Virus record (IMG/VR): IMGVR_UViG_3300035703_000016
Coordinates: 64,001-128,000 of that record
Source of the DNA: a virus
Length of the DNA: 64,000 nucleotides
Reading direction: 5' to 3' (one strand)
Shown here one piece after another: positions 9,097 to 19,207 of the stretch (position 1 is the first letter of the stretch; the number at the start of each line of letters is the position of its first letter). A program made the translations under genes and the position numbers. The notes below the pieces were generated by a model, which ran no database searches, was not told where the DNA came from, and worked only from the letters and a program-made list of their open reading frames with translations.

Positions 9097-10353
9097 TTAA
9101 TCTTTAAATTTTCCTATTCCTAATACTATATCGCTAGATTCTAATTCATATCCTAGTGTAGAAGTATCTAAAGTTAAAGTAGAAGTAGTTCCATTATCAA
9201 CAAATGAGACAATTGACGTACTTTCTACAAAATTTCCATTTACAAAAAAACTAAAATTAGTTAAACTAGTTGGAGGTAATCCACTTGGAGCAGTCATCCA
9301 CCCATTTGGAAAAGTCGCAGTATTTGTAGTTTTACTTGATGCAATTACTTGTTTATTAGCTACTAAGTAACTTAATGTAGTCGTGTCTACTCCAGATATA
9401 ACATTATATGTAACATTCATTGAATCACTTATTTGAAGTGTATTTTTTATATTGCCTTTTAGTGGATTTTTATTGCTTATGCTTCCGGATACAGAATCTG
9501 TTGTTTCTATTCCAAAAGTTAATTTTGATACTCCAAATGACTTTGTATTCCCAGCTGCTTTAGTCATTTCTGTATTTGGAATTAGATATCCATTTAAAGT
9601 AAGCGTAAAACTCGTTCTTACCAGCCTATCGTCTCCAAGATCGTACGATATTGTATCGGTGAATGATTCTATATTACTGTAGAAAAGAAAGCGACTGGGG
9701 TCGCCCCAATAGCTTCTGGATGCAAAGTTAAGAGATTCTACTAAAGAATCCATCTGCTCAACGAAATAAGTCCAAACTATACATGTATATTCTACTGTAA
9801 CATAATCAGGAGTTATTGCAACTATATACTCTTTCTCTGGAGCTCTATTATTTAATACTGCAAAATTACTATATTGATTTCTTGGAGTGTATTTTTTTTC
9901 AAAAAATTGAAAATTATTTGCTTTATTTCCATCTATTTTATTTCCAAGAGATCTATTTTGAGAAACTGAATTTCTTTTAAACATTATTAGTGGAGCTAAT
10001 CCTTTTCCTTTTTGATCTCTATGGTATCCGTCTGCCTGTATGCTGCTCCAATTTTCTGGAGTTCCATACATTACTGGCACATTTACTCTTGTATTATTTT
10101 GAACTACAGATAATTTTAAAACTTCATTAAAATAATACATTACAGCATCATCTATGTCTTTTATCCCTACTGTAAATATTTTATCTTTATCATCCTTTAA
10201 AGAATATTCTAATGCTCTATTAAACTCAGGCTGTCCTAATTTCTGAGGTTCTGTAAATACTTGATCTGCTGACTGTTGTACATAAGGAGCCTCTAGAGAT
10301 TTCATAAACTCTATTCTCGATTTTGGTCTACTTACTTGAATTCCTCCAGCCAT
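9097..10353 (-). CDS. tail terminator / sheath stabiliser (T4 gp15-like) with C-terminal extension
   Basis: VPVMYG.PE.W and PDYVTVEY motifs; follows the neck genes. Confidence 0.6.
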   Translation of the reverse strand: MAGGIQVSRPKSRIEFMKSLEAPYVQQSADQVFTEPQKLGQPEFNRALEYSLKDDKDKIFTVGIKDIDDAVMYYFNEVLKLSVVQNNTRVNVPVMYGTPENWSSIQADGYHRDQKGKGLAPLIMFKRNSVSQNRSLGNKIDGNKANNFQFFEKKYTPRNQYSNFAVLNNRAPEKEYIVAITPDYVTVEYTCIVWTYFVEQMDSLVESLNFASRSYWGDPSRFLFYSNIESFTDTISYDLGDDRLVRTSFTLTLNGYLIPNTEMTKAAGNTKSFGVSKLTFGIETTDSVSGSISNKNPLKGNIKNTLQISDSMNVTYNVISGVDTTTLSYLVANKQVIASSKTTNTATFPNGWMTAPSGLPPTSLTNFSFFVNGNFVESTSIVSFVDNGTTSTLTLDTSTLGYELESSDIVLGIGKFKD

Positions 10354-10844
10354 TATAATCTAATTTGTTTTATTCCTAAAGAATCAGGAGAAGTATAATG
10401 AGTTTTTAGTATAATTGAATATGAAGCTCCAAATCCTTCTAATCCAGTTTCATAAGCATAATCATTGTCTTTTCCTAAAATTAATTGATTTTCATTTACT
10501 GAATCAACAGAAAAATATAATTCATTATACATTATCACGTCTCCAACTTCTGGAAAGACATTTGCTTCTACTAAGTGATCTTTAAAAAATCTAAATTCAA
10601 CTTGTCTAGTGTTGTCTGGTCCAAAATCAGTCTGAGTAAATTCAAAATCACCTCTTGAAATTAGACAATTTATTAGCACAGGCCCAATATATGTTTTATT
10701 TAAAGCCTCTCCATAAGTATTAACACTAGTAGAATCTAGTACTATTTTATAGTATCCACAAGAAGTAGATATAATATTTTGTAAAAGTTCTCTAGTAATA
10801 TGCTTAAATACTGAAATATCTCTTTTAGAGCCAAATAATGCCAT
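10353..10844 (-). CDS. head closure / neck protein (T4 gp14-like)
   Basis: N.YGEA..K.Y and PEVGDVI motifs; position in the neck module. Confidence 0.65.
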   Translation of the reverse strand: MALFGSKRDISVFKHITRELLQNIISTSCGYYKIVLDSTSVNTYGEALNKTYIGPVLINCLISRGDFEFTQTDFGPDNTRQVEFRFFKDHLVEANVFPEVGDVIMYNELYFSVDSVNENQLILGKDNDYAYETGLEGFGASYSIILKTHYTSPDSLGIKQIRL

Positions 10845-10856
10845 TTATTTTTTTAT

Positions 10857-12020
10857 TTATCCAGTGTATATGAGTAACGGCACTTTTGTTAAAGTATCGC
10901 TCTCAGATTGAGCCTCTGCAGCTTTTCTTTCTAATTGTGATTGTCTAGTCATTGACTCAAGCTCTTGTCTTAATCTTTCTTTTAACGCAATTTGCATATT
11001 CTGACCTTTAGAAATAAGATCCGTAGAATTTAAAGTTACTTGATCACCTGGCACTGGGACATTTGTATATTTTCCTCTTACAAGTCCTAATAGTTCAGAT
11101 GCTAGCGCCAATGTGTATTCATATATCCATTGTCTACCAGGTCTATTTATCTGAGAATAAATAATAGTTCCATACGGCACTTGAGAAGGATTAGCCACTA
11201 AGTTACTACTTCCAGAATACGGACTATTTATGCTTGGATCTCCCATTTCACTCTTCTTTGAATATTGAATCCAAAGATTTACTCCTTCTACTTCTGGTAT
11301 GGGGAATATCTTGAGCTTATTATTTATTAATTCAAAAGTAAATGCGCTTCTACGTACAGTATTAGACATTTCTATTTGTTGTATTCTTTGAATATCCCAA
11401 TAAACTGGAAATAGAGTAAAATTTAATCCTGGAGAATAAGATGACCAACCGAAATTTTCAGTAGCTCCTTGATAATTTATAGAACCTCCGATGTACGGAT
11501 CGTAATATTGATTTATTGCAGGAACTCCTTTATAATATACTTCTTGAACTACTATTCTATCTCCTGGTTGAATCCATCCACTAGAAGATCCAATCAATTG
11601 TAAATCATACGACTGTTGTCCTGGTATTAATGTTATTGAGCCTGAATACCAATTTACGTTTCCTCCTAAACCAGCAGGTGCTCCATAACTATCAGCTATT
11701 GTTATTATCGTATTAAGATTTGGAACTACTACTGTATTATTCAATAAAGACCCAGTTGGAGATCCTTCTAATCCTAAATAATTGTCTTTTATTTTAGATT
11801 GATATATTTCTAAAGCATATGTAGAGACAGCTTCCTCAAAGCATGCAAAAAATTGATCTTGTTGCAATTCAACCTCCATCATAGGATATCCTAGTTTTTT
11901 GGCACAATAATTTGCAACTTTTACAGACTCACTTACGAACTGAGAGTCATTATCATATAATCCAAAAGGAGTGTCTCCTGGAGAAAATGATGCGCTGCCT
12001 GGCCATGGAGAGTTATTCAT
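10857..12020 (-). CDS. head-tail adaptor / neck protein (T4 gp13-like)
   Basis: LGYP..EVEL, WI.EYTLALA.E.LG.VRGKY and C-terminal PL.IY.G motifs. Confidence 0.8.
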   Translation of the reverse strand: MNNSPWPGSASFSPGDTPFGLYDNDSQFVSESVKVANYCAKKLGYPMMEVELQQDQFFACFEEAVSTYALEIYQSKIKDNYLGLEGSPTGSLLNNTVVVPNLNTIITIADSYGAPAGLGGNVNWYSGSITLIPGQQSYDLQLIGSSSGWIQPGDRIVVQEVYYKGVPAINQYYDPYIGGSINYQGATENFGWSSYSPGLNFTLFPVYWDIQRIQQIEMSNTVRRSAFTFELINNKLKIFPIPEVEGVNLWIQYSKKSEMGDPSINSPYSGSSNLVANPSQVPYGTIIYSQINRPGRQWIYEYTLALASELLGLVRGKYTNVPVPGDQVTLNSTDLISKGQNMQIALKERLRQELESMTRQSQLERKAAEAQSESDTLTKVPLLIYTG

Positions 12021-12037
12021 AGTGATAGTAATTTATA

Positions 12038-12045
12038 ATAAATAT
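12038..12045 (-). promoter_or_regulatory. ATATTTAT late-promoter-like motif
   Basis: Upstream of the gp13-like ATG at 12020. Confidence 0.55.
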
Positions 12046-12051
12046 TTGAAA

Positions 12052-12720
12052 CTAATCTTCAAATTGTTTGTATACTTTTAAAATCTCTTCAACTATTGGG
12101 TCTCTATGATTTTGTTTAAGAGTAAATACAGAGAAATTTGGAACTTCAGTAAAGTTTTTACATATAAAGTCAAAACCAGAATCTTTTTTATTCTTTAAAT
12201 CTACTTGAGAAACATCTCCGCAAATAATCATCTTACTTCCATTACAAATACGACCAAGAAGTAATTCCATTTGTTTGTGAGTAATATTTTGACCTTCATC
12301 GACAACGATACAACATTTAGATAAGTTTCTGCCTCTCATAAAGCCCAAAGGGATAACTTCTATCTTGCCTTCTGATAATTCTTTATCTACTTTATCTTTA
12401 TTGTAAAGTCTATACATATTATCATATATAGCAGCAGTATAGGGCGCTAATTTTTCATCTTTATTTCCAGGAAGATAACCTATTTCTTCTCCAGAATTTA
12501 CAGCTGGTCTTGTTAAAATTATTTTTTCTACTTCTCTTCTAAATAACATATCTAATGCAACTTGAGCAGCTAACATTGATTTACCAGATCCAGCTTGACC
12601 TTTTAACACCGTTATAGTACTATCTAATATTACTTGTTTTGCATGTTTCTGTTCTTCATTTAATTGAATTTGAAACTTAATTGGATTTTTAAGTTTTTTT
12701 ACTTCTGGAGTTTGACTCAT
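12052..12720 (-). CDS. phoH: PhoH-family ATPase
   Basis: Walker A GQAGSGKS, LTRPAV..GE.IGYLPG, FMRGR, DEGQN, GDVSQVDL and HRDPIV motifs. Confidence 0.95.
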   Translation of the reverse strand: MSQTPEVKKLKNPIKFQIQLNEEQKHAKQVILDSTITVLKGQAGSGKSMLAAQVALDMLFRREVEKIILTRPAVNSGEEIGYLPGNKDEKLAPYTAAIYDNMYRLYNKDKVDKELSEGKIEVIPLGFMRGRNLSKCCIVVDEGQNITHKQMELLLGRICNGSKMIICGDVSQVDLKNKKDSGFDFICKNFTEVPNFSVFTLKQNHRDPIVEEILKVYKQFED

Positions 12721-12747
12721 TTTTTATTATTTATGATGAAAAATCTA

Positions 12748-13017
12748 TTAATAACCTGGGAAGTAAGATCCGCTATATAGTATTGAAAGACCTGCGGATT
12801 GAGTTACAGAAGTAATATTTCCGTAGATGCTCTGTCCTGCTCCAAATGTCGCTGTTATTTGACTTCCACTTAAATTTGAAAATTTTATTGTGGCTATTGT
12901 TCCAGAAGTAACAGAATAAAACCAATAAGAATCGCAAGCAGTACTTATTGATCCACTTAAAATTGAACCTCCTCCTAAACCATATGGATCTTTTAATCCG
13001 TCTACTATTTGTGGCAT
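12748..13017 (-). CDS. small beta-rich virion (decoration-like) protein
   Basis: 89 aa with three SGS motifs; ATATTTATA motif at 13034-13042. Confidence 0.45.
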   Translation of the reverse strand: MPQIVDGLKDPYGLGGGSILSGSISTACDSYWFYSVTSGTIATIKFSNLSGSQITATFGAGQSIYGNITSVTQSAGLSILYSGSYFPGY

Positions 13018-13053
13018 ATTATTTTTATTTTAGTATAAATATCTTTAGTTTGT

Positions 13054-14598
13054 TTAAAAATTCATTTCATATTTTATATTTCCGCAATCCCATATTCTAT
13101 CATATCCGAGCTCACTCATTATTTTAATTTCTGGTTTATTTTTATCTATATCGAATTTTTTAAGTATGTTAGATTTAGTAAAATTGAATCTATGTACTTT
13201 TTTTCTATAGTCTTTTGTATACCAATATCCAGGTTTTGTTGTTCCAATTTTTTTAAATCCTAATACATCATATAAATTATTATCTATAGTAGAAGTCCAC
13301 TTTCTGTCTGCGTATGTAATAATTCTACTAGGAGAATATTTTTTTATAAAATAAGAAAGACATTTAGATGCTCCTCCTACAACCCTAGTCTTAGTTGCGT
13401 ATCTACATAATTCAAAACTTCCAATTTGACTATTTTGACCTAAAGATTTTCTTAGCTTACAAAATGTCATTACAGCGACTAAGTCGTCTTCTTGAAACAA
13501 TCCTATATTTATTGGAGATCTATCTACTCCTTGAATATGATAAGAATTTAAAAAATTAGTCTTATCTTTTGATGTTATTTCTCTTAGTTGACATTTTCTT
13601 GCATAGACAGAATTTTTATTAAATCCTATAGCAGATTTTATTTTCTCTATAACTATGTGCTTTTTATCATGCCAGTCATCTTCAAATATTTGAATTAATT
13701 TTACGCCGATAGCTTCACACTTTTCTACCTTATTTAAATGATAATCTTTTGCTTTCTTTCCTCTTATTTCACTATGCCAATATAATCCATTCATTTCAAT
13801 AGCGATTTTATAATCTGGAAGATATAAATCAATTTCTAGAGGACGGATTACACTTCTATTATTTTTATTTACTTTTACACCAAGAGTTATTAATATTGAA
13901 TATAACTCTTCTTGCATTTTACTAGTTTTTATATTAATGTTTATAAGATCATAGTTTTTACTATATGTATCTTTCATTTTATTAATTATAGATTTACTGG
14001 ATAGGTTTTCTATATTCCATTTTTTTCTATAGTCATCTACAGATAATCCGTGTAATTTTAAATGAGTTATTGTTAATCTTTTATATTTTTTAGAGCATTC
14101 TTTACATTCTATATAATTAGATTCATCTTTGGACAATAAATAATCTCTAATTTCTTTATTTGGAGCATATATCCATAATTTTTCGTCTTCTTTAAATTTT
14201 TCTATATGCTCTGAAGGATTTATATCATGATATTTTTTTAAATGATTAGTTATACATCCAGACTTATTAGATAAATCTATTGTTTTCCAATCACAATATT
14301 TACATTGATATTTTTCTACTTCTTTTATATTTTTAATAGTATAATAATCAAAGACATTATTTACTTCATATCCTAGTTTTTTTAAATGACGAGTTAATAC
14401 TCCAGAATAATTTTTTATATCTGAAAAAGATTTTCCGTCTATGTTGCAGATAATCTCTAAACCAGAATCTTGTTTTTCTTTTTTATTATTTCTTTTCTCA
14501 ATACCTTCTCTATGAGTTAATTTACATAAATTAGAACAATAATACTTCTGTCTATTACCTAATTCTTTTTTACATTTTAAACAAAAAATCTCTTTCAT
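13054..14598 (-). CDS. free-standing Hef-like homing endonuclease (Zn fingers + Vsr/DUF559-type nuclease + GNAT-like C-terminal domain)
   Basis: CxxC..YCS and C2H2-like fingers; EIDLYLPDYKIAIEMNGLYWHS; ELCRYA..VVGGASK..YADR. Start moved to ATG 14598, downstream of the motif at 14605-14613 (track start 14619). Confidence 0.75.
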   Translation of the reverse strand: MKEIFCLKCKKELGNRQKYYCSNLCKLTHREGIEKRNNKKEKQDSGLEIICNIDGKSFSDIKNYSGVLTRHLKKLGYEVNNVFDYYTIKNIKEVEKYQCKYCDWKTIDLSNKSGCITNHLKKYHDINPSEHIEKFKEDEKLWIYAPNKEIRDYLLSKDESNYIECKECSKKYKRLTITHLKLHGLSVDDYRKKWNIENLSSKSIINKMKDTYSKNYDLININIKTSKMQEELYSILITLGVKVNKNNRSVIRPLEIDLYLPDYKIAIEMNGLYWHSEIRGKKAKDYHLNKVEKCEAIGVKLIQIFEDDWHDKKHIVIEKIKSAIGFNKNSVYARKCQLREITSKDKTNFLNSYHIQGVDRSPINIGLFQEDDLVAVMTFCKLRKSLGQNSQIGSFELCRYATKTRVVGGASKCLSYFIKKYSPSRIITYADRKWTSTIDNNLYDVLGFKKIGTTKPGYWYTKDYRKKVHRFNFTKSNILKKFDIDKNKPEIKIMSELGYDRIWDCGNIKYEMNF

Positions 14599-14662
14599 CT
14601 CTAATATAAATATATTCATTATTAAGAACTACACGTCTTTTATTTTTTAAGTTTATAAAAAT

Positions 14663-14694
14663 AAAAAAGCCCCGTAAAAACAGGGCTATCTTTT
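14663..14694 (-). terminator. intrinsic terminator after the major capsid gene
   Basis: AGCCC/GGGCT stem (14668-14687) followed by T6 on the minus strand. Confidence 0.7.
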
Positions 14695-14716
14695 GGTTTA
14701 TATTAGTAAAGTAAAA

Positions 14717-16360
14717 TTAGACTACGTTCAAATCTGATACGAACAAGTTCGCATAGTATTCAGGCCTAGTTAGTTTCATAGCGTACCTTGTCATTATCCC
14801 TTTTCTAGGAGTGAACGTATTTGGATCGTACACTAGAGGAGTCATAATCAATGGAACGTAAGGAGCGTATACGGCGCCAGTTTCAAGGAACTGATTTCCA
14901 CGGAAGCCCATTAATATTACATTCTGAGTCATGTATGGGTTTTTATACACCTTATAACGACTATTCAATGAACCAATTTTCTGTACACCAAATGCGTATT
15001 TCATTGTATCTGCTGCGCCATCAGTATCAGCTGCAAATCCAGGTATTGATTCTAGAATTGTTGCTACTGCAGGAGAAATTACCATAAAGTTTGCACCTCC
15101 ACGAAGTGTTCTTTGGTGTATGATATTAGACAATTTTTGTAGCTTAATACCTATAGTTTGGAACCATGTCATTTGGTTATAGAATACACCAGCAGTGTTT
15201 GAATTAAATCCATCAGCAGCTGCATTTATTTGATTACCAACTTTAGCAGACCAGTAGTCAACAGTTGGAGCTGCTTGTATCAACATATCAAGAACTTCAA
15301 GATCAATTTCAAGAGTTATATACTCAGATAGGATACCAGTCAATTCAGCTTCAGCATCTAGAGAGTGGTATGCGTTTAGATCTTGTGCAAATTCTGGAGT
15401 CCATTGCGCTTTCAATTTTCTAGTCTTAGCAGAGATAGTCTCACTTGACATTGCCACGTTTATCTCTGGTATAGATATAGATGATGGAGAATACGCATTT
15501 GGAACAGATACACCTTGAGTTGCTGTACGATCTTCAAAATCGCCCATTTTATTGAAGTCTGTAGCTTTGTTATATTCTATTACGTAAGTTCCACCTATAA
15601 TTGCAGCTGTAGAACCAGATACATAGAATACTATATTTCCACCACTTAAATTAGTAGCTTGCGCAATTGTATTTGAGACAGATACAGAAGATCCAGAAGT
15701 AACAGTAAATGACTTAATAGTCAATGGGTTAAAATTAGGAATAGATGATGTTGGAATAGCAACAGCTTTAATTTGTTGAGCTGCTATAGAAGCTGAATAA
15801 GTGCTATCAAATCCAAGAGCTGCCCAAGATCCAGATGTTACAGTACCTGTGTCTGATCCGCTAAATAGATTTAAAGAATATCCAAACTTACCAGTTCCAT
15901 AAAGACCACCAGCAGCAGCATTACCAAAATTAGCAGTTTGAGTACCATACAATGAAGCCCCTTGTGTAAAGTTATTGTTTCCTGAAGTACCATACTGGAA
16001 ATCGAGGAAGAATACTAGACCAGCTGGAAGATTCATCGGCTGAACGCTTACGAATTCTTTTGATGCTAATTGTCCGAATATCTTACGAACTAGAGGAAGT
16101 GCTACTCCTGCCCACTGTTCACCGCCACCTGGAGTAAATGTTGCTCCTGTAGAAGTTCCACCTGTAGAAGTAGATGATTCTACAACTAATTGTTTAGACT
16201 GATTTTCAAGCATTACTGCCATCGTCCTTGCGTCGTGCTCGTTAAGATTTTTAAGCAGGCCTGATTTACCCCACTTTTTAACGAGTCTTTGAGAAACTGA
16301 CAGCTGTGTATTATATGCATTCTGTGCAGATTCTTGTAAAAGGGAATTTACTAGATTCAT
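14717..16360 (-). CDS. gp23: major capsid protein (T4 gp23-like)
   Basis: VSVQPMNLPAGLVF, AKTRKLKAQWTPEFAQDL..YHSLDAEAEL, GAVYAPYVPL and GIMTRYA motifs. Confidence 0.97.
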   Translation of the reverse strand: MNLVNSLLQESAQNAYNTQLSVSQRLVKKWGKSGLLKNLNEHDARTMAVMLENQSKQLVVESSTSTGGTSTGATFTPGGGEQWAGVALPLVRKIFGQLASKEFVSVQPMNLPAGLVFFLDFQYGTSGNNNFTQGASLYGTQTANFGNAAAGGLYGTGKFGYSLNLFSGSDTGTVTSGSWAALGFDSTYSASIAAQQIKAVAIPTSSIPNFNPLTIKSFTVTSGSSVSVSNTIAQATNLSGGNIVFYVSGSTAAIIGGTYVIEYNKATDFNKMGDFEDRTATQGVSVPNAYSPSSISIPEINVAMSSETISAKTRKLKAQWTPEFAQDLNAYHSLDAEAELTGILSEYITLEIDLEVLDMLIQAAPTVDYWSAKVGNQINAAADGFNSNTAGVFYNQMTWFQTIGIKLQKLSNIIHQRTLRGGANFMVISPAVATILESIPGFAADTDGAADTMKYAFGVQKIGSLNSRYKVYKNPYMTQNVILMGFRGNQFLETGAVYAPYVPLIMTPLVYDPNTFTPRKGIMTRYAMKLTRPEYYANLFVSDLNVV

Positions 16361-16396
16361 CTTATTTGTTTTTATTTTTTTTAATTAATTTTTTTA

Positions 16397-17350
16397 TTAA
16401 AGTCCAGCTAATTTTTGCATTCTTGCTAGGAATGGATCTGATTCTACTGTATTGCCTTTAGGAGCTATTCCTGATGGTTTTGATGCAAATCCATAAGATT
16501 CTTTTATTACTTTTTTAGGAGCTGTTGAAATAGAGTCAATTAGGATGCTAAATGTATTTTTAGCTTCTTTAATTGATGTAGCTTTATCAAATGCATTTAG
16601 AACTTTTACTTTTTGAGCTTCAGTTAAAGATTTTGCTTTAAAGATTTTATTTACATAAAGCAATTTAGCATTCAATAGATTTATTTCATTTAATTCTGCT
16701 CTCATTGCTGCTATTGCTTTTTTAGCCTCTTTTAACTCTTTTGCATCTTCTTTTTTCTTAGCTTCGTCCATTGATTCAGATTCTTCACTATCGAGTTCTG
16801 CTAGTATTTCATCTAGAGATATATCATCTTCGGTAGTTTCAGTCTCAGTCTCTGTTGAAGCCGATGGAGTTTCTGAAGCCATTGCAGTTTTAATTGCATC
16901 TACTAAATCTCCCAATGTAATATCTACTACTTTTGTTTCCTCGGTTGATTCTTCTGTTTCTTCTTCAGTATCTTCTGATTCTTCATCATCCTCATCATCT
17001 TCTTTAGCTTCTTCTATTTCATAAGCTTCTTCTAATTCTTCTGTTGCTTCATCAACTTCGTCAAGTTCGCTTAATTCTGCTAAAATTTCATCTAGAGAAG
17101 TTTCATCGAGTTCATTAGGAGTAGCTTCTTCTGCAGGGCCTGCCATCTCAATTTCATCCATTTCTTCACTAGTTTCTTGCATTTCTTCGTATTCTTCATC
17201 TAATTCTTCTGATTCTACGATATGCTTTTTTAGCATTGCTTTGATTTTAGGCTCAAATGCCTCTTGGATTGATGCTTTTGCATTTGCCATTGCGCTTTCA
17301 CGAACTGCTTTTGCATCAGCAACAGCTTGCGTGTAAATGTTTTCTGTCAT
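16397..17350 (-). CDS. prohead scaffold protein (gp22-like)
   Basis: Very acidic and coiled-coil; LNEINLLNAKLLY; C-terminal RMQKLAGL; immediately upstream of the capsid gene. Confidence 0.85.
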   Translation of the reverse strand: MTENIYTQAVADAKAVRESAMANAKASIQEAFEPKIKAMLKKHIVESEELDEEYEEMQETSEEMDEIEMAGPAEEATPNELDETSLDEILAELSELDEVDEATEELEEAYEIEEAKEDDEDDEESEDTEEETEESTEETKVVDITLGDLVDAIKTAMASETPSASTETETETTEDDISLDEILAELDSEESESMDEAKKKEDAKELKEAKKAIAAMRAELNEINLLNAKLLYVNKIFKAKSLTEAQKVKVLNAFDKATSIKEAKNTFSILIDSISTAPKKVIKESYGFASKPSGIAPKGNTVESDPFLARMQKLAGL

Positions 17351-17376
17351 TTTTTGTTTTTTTTTGGAATCTTATA

Positions 17377-17461
17377 ATCGTTCATTAGAGGAGAAAGGGA
17401 ACGATATGCTTTTTTATTTCTTTAGCATCATATTTGGAGTGATGCATATATTCATAAATAT
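17377..17461 (-). promoter_or_regulatory. late-promoter-like motif plus structured 5' leader (two hairpins) of the scaffold-capsid operon
   Basis: Motif at 17454-17461; stems GCATCA/TGATGC (17425-17445) and ATCGTTC/GAACGAT (17377-17405). Confidence 0.5.
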
Positions 17462-17497
17462 ACTATTTTTTTCTAAAATTAGATTTTAGTAAAAATT

Positions 17498-19207
17498 TTA
17501 TTTTAAACAACAAACACCGCTCTGAAGACATATTATTTCAGAGATTAGTTTACTTGTTCTTGAATACTTATCGCTATATTCTATTGACTCTCTTAATCCA
17601 GGTTTTAATTCTGGTTTCATATAAGATCCAAAGTTACTTGGTGTACTTACAAAATCCCAACATATAATATCAAGATCATCTTCTACTTGTACAAGACCTT
17701 CACCTATTTGACTAACAGAGCCCATAGCTCTAGAAGATATGCCGATAGTTAATCCATTTTCAAATAATGTCTTTAATATATTTCCAGATGGAGTTGGAAG
17801 AATTTCTACTTTTCCATATAAATCTTTTCCATCCCACCAACATTCTACTATATTATGACTTACATTTTTTAAATTTATTGTTGAACAATTCCCAGATAAA
17901 AAAGATAATCCTTGATCTTTACAATAAAAGTTTCCGTTTTTGACTGTTACGCAATGAACAGTATCATCATAGTCGATTTCTTCTATTTTTAAAAATCTTT
18001 TATCTAAACATATTCCTTTTGTTTTTTTAGACCATAATCTATATAAAGTTTTTTTATTTTTTATTTCTATAGTATGTCCAGCATATTCATAATCTTTTTT
18101 GCTTATTTGTTCTTTTATATCCCCGAATTTTCCCGTTTTTATAAGAATTTCATTAAAATCTTCAATTAATTTATAGCTAACTGAAAATATAGAAGATCTT
18201 GTATTATTTGAAGTTGTAACATCTGACCCGTCTCCTAATTTAAACCAATCATACATTGCTAATAAAAGATCTGATGACGCATTCTTGTAATTATCTGGAA
18301 TATGTTTTGTATAAATATTTCCAAATTTTGATAAATATTGAGATAATCTTTTATCATTTGTTTGTACGACTGAGCATTTTTCAGTTTTTGAATATACTGC
18401 CCAATCTATGTCGTTACTCATTTTTCCTATCAGATCCATAAACTTATCTAGCTTATGTCCTTTATTTTGAGAAATTGTAACTACTCCAGTTTTACTAATT
18501 CCGCCTTCAGCTAAATAAAATCCTAAAAATGAAAACCAATCTATAGCTTTTATTACTAGAGGCTTACTATATTTTTCTCTATATATTTTAGGAACTCGAC
18601 TATTTTTTGAATATTCGAATGTTGGAATTGTTATAAAATCAAAATTTACTCCAGTCCACTTACCTATAGATTTTGGAATTTGATGATGAGAATAACTTTT
18701 TTTCTCATCATAAATATCTTGTATTGTTGCTTCTTCATACTTATCGTACCTATCTCTCAATATGAATCTATGATTAGGAGTTACTACTGTATCTATAGAT
18801 TTGCCTTTTAAAGAAAATGCTTTTCCTTTATATGGTTTATTTATTACTCTTTCTATAGGATTCCATTCATTTTGATTAGTCTCAGTATTTAAAGTCAATA
18901 CATTTTCTCCTACCGTAACGTCTTTGATATACTTCCATCCCGAATTTGTCAAAATCATAGCGCTCGGACGTAGGCACTCCGGATGATCTAGTTCTCCAAA
19001 TGCTCTTTTTTCACAAATTGGGCCATCTATATATTTTTGAACTTGAGATCTAAGTATATCAAATGGATATATTCTCCTATTAGCGTTAGGAACATCTGCA
19101 GATGACAATTTACCAATTACCATTAAATTGCCTCCACGAGATAATCCTTCTTTAAGATTACTAAGTGGTTTGAAAGTAGAATATTCTATTAATAATTGTT
19201 TACTCAT
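17498..19207 (-). CDS. gp21: prohead protease (T4 gp21-like) containing an intein
   Basis: N.N.RIYP, GELDHP, NLKNVSH, GISSRAMGS and WDFVSTPS motifs; about 206 aa after splicing. Confidence 0.93.
   Translation of the reverse strand: MSKQLLIEYSTFKPLSNLKEGLSRGGNLMVIGKLSSADVPNANRRIYPFDILRSQVQKYIDGPICEKRAFGELDHPECLRPSAMILTNSGWKYIKDVTVGENVLTLNTETNQNEWNPIERVINKPYKGKAFSLKGKSIDTVVTPNHRFILRDRYDKYEEATIQDIYDEKKSYSHHQIPKSIGKWTGVNFDFITIPTFEYSKNSRVPKIYREKYSKPLVIKAIDWFSFLGFYLAEGGISKTGVVTISQNKGHKLDKFMDLIGKMSNDIDWAVYSKTEKCSVVQTNDKRLSQYLSKFGNIYTKHIPDNYKNASSDLLLAMYDWFKLGDGSDVTTSNNTRSSIFSVSYKLIEDFNEILIKTGKFGDIKEQISKKDYEYAGHTIEIKNKKTLYRLWSKKTKGICLDKRFLKIEEIDYDDTVHCVTVKNGNFYCKDQGLSFLSGNCSTINLKNVSHNIVECWWDGKDLYGKVEILPTPSGNILKTLFENGLTIGISSRAMGSVSQIGEGLVQVEDDLDIICWDFVSTPSNFGSYMKPELKPGLRESIEYSDKYSRTSKLISEIICLQSGVCCLK
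17888..18976 (-). mobile_element. intein (363 aa) with LAGLIDADG homing endonuclease, in the prohead protease
   Basis: Begins CLRPSAMIL after ELDHPE; block B VTPNHRF; LGFYLAEG and WFKLGDG motifs; ends VHCVTV...LSGN followed by Cys. Confidence 0.9.

Noticed and set aside
17386-17400. AGAGGAGAAAGGGA as a Shine-Dalgarno sequence
   Set aside because: It is on the non-coding strand relative to the flanking genes and no plus-strand ORF follows
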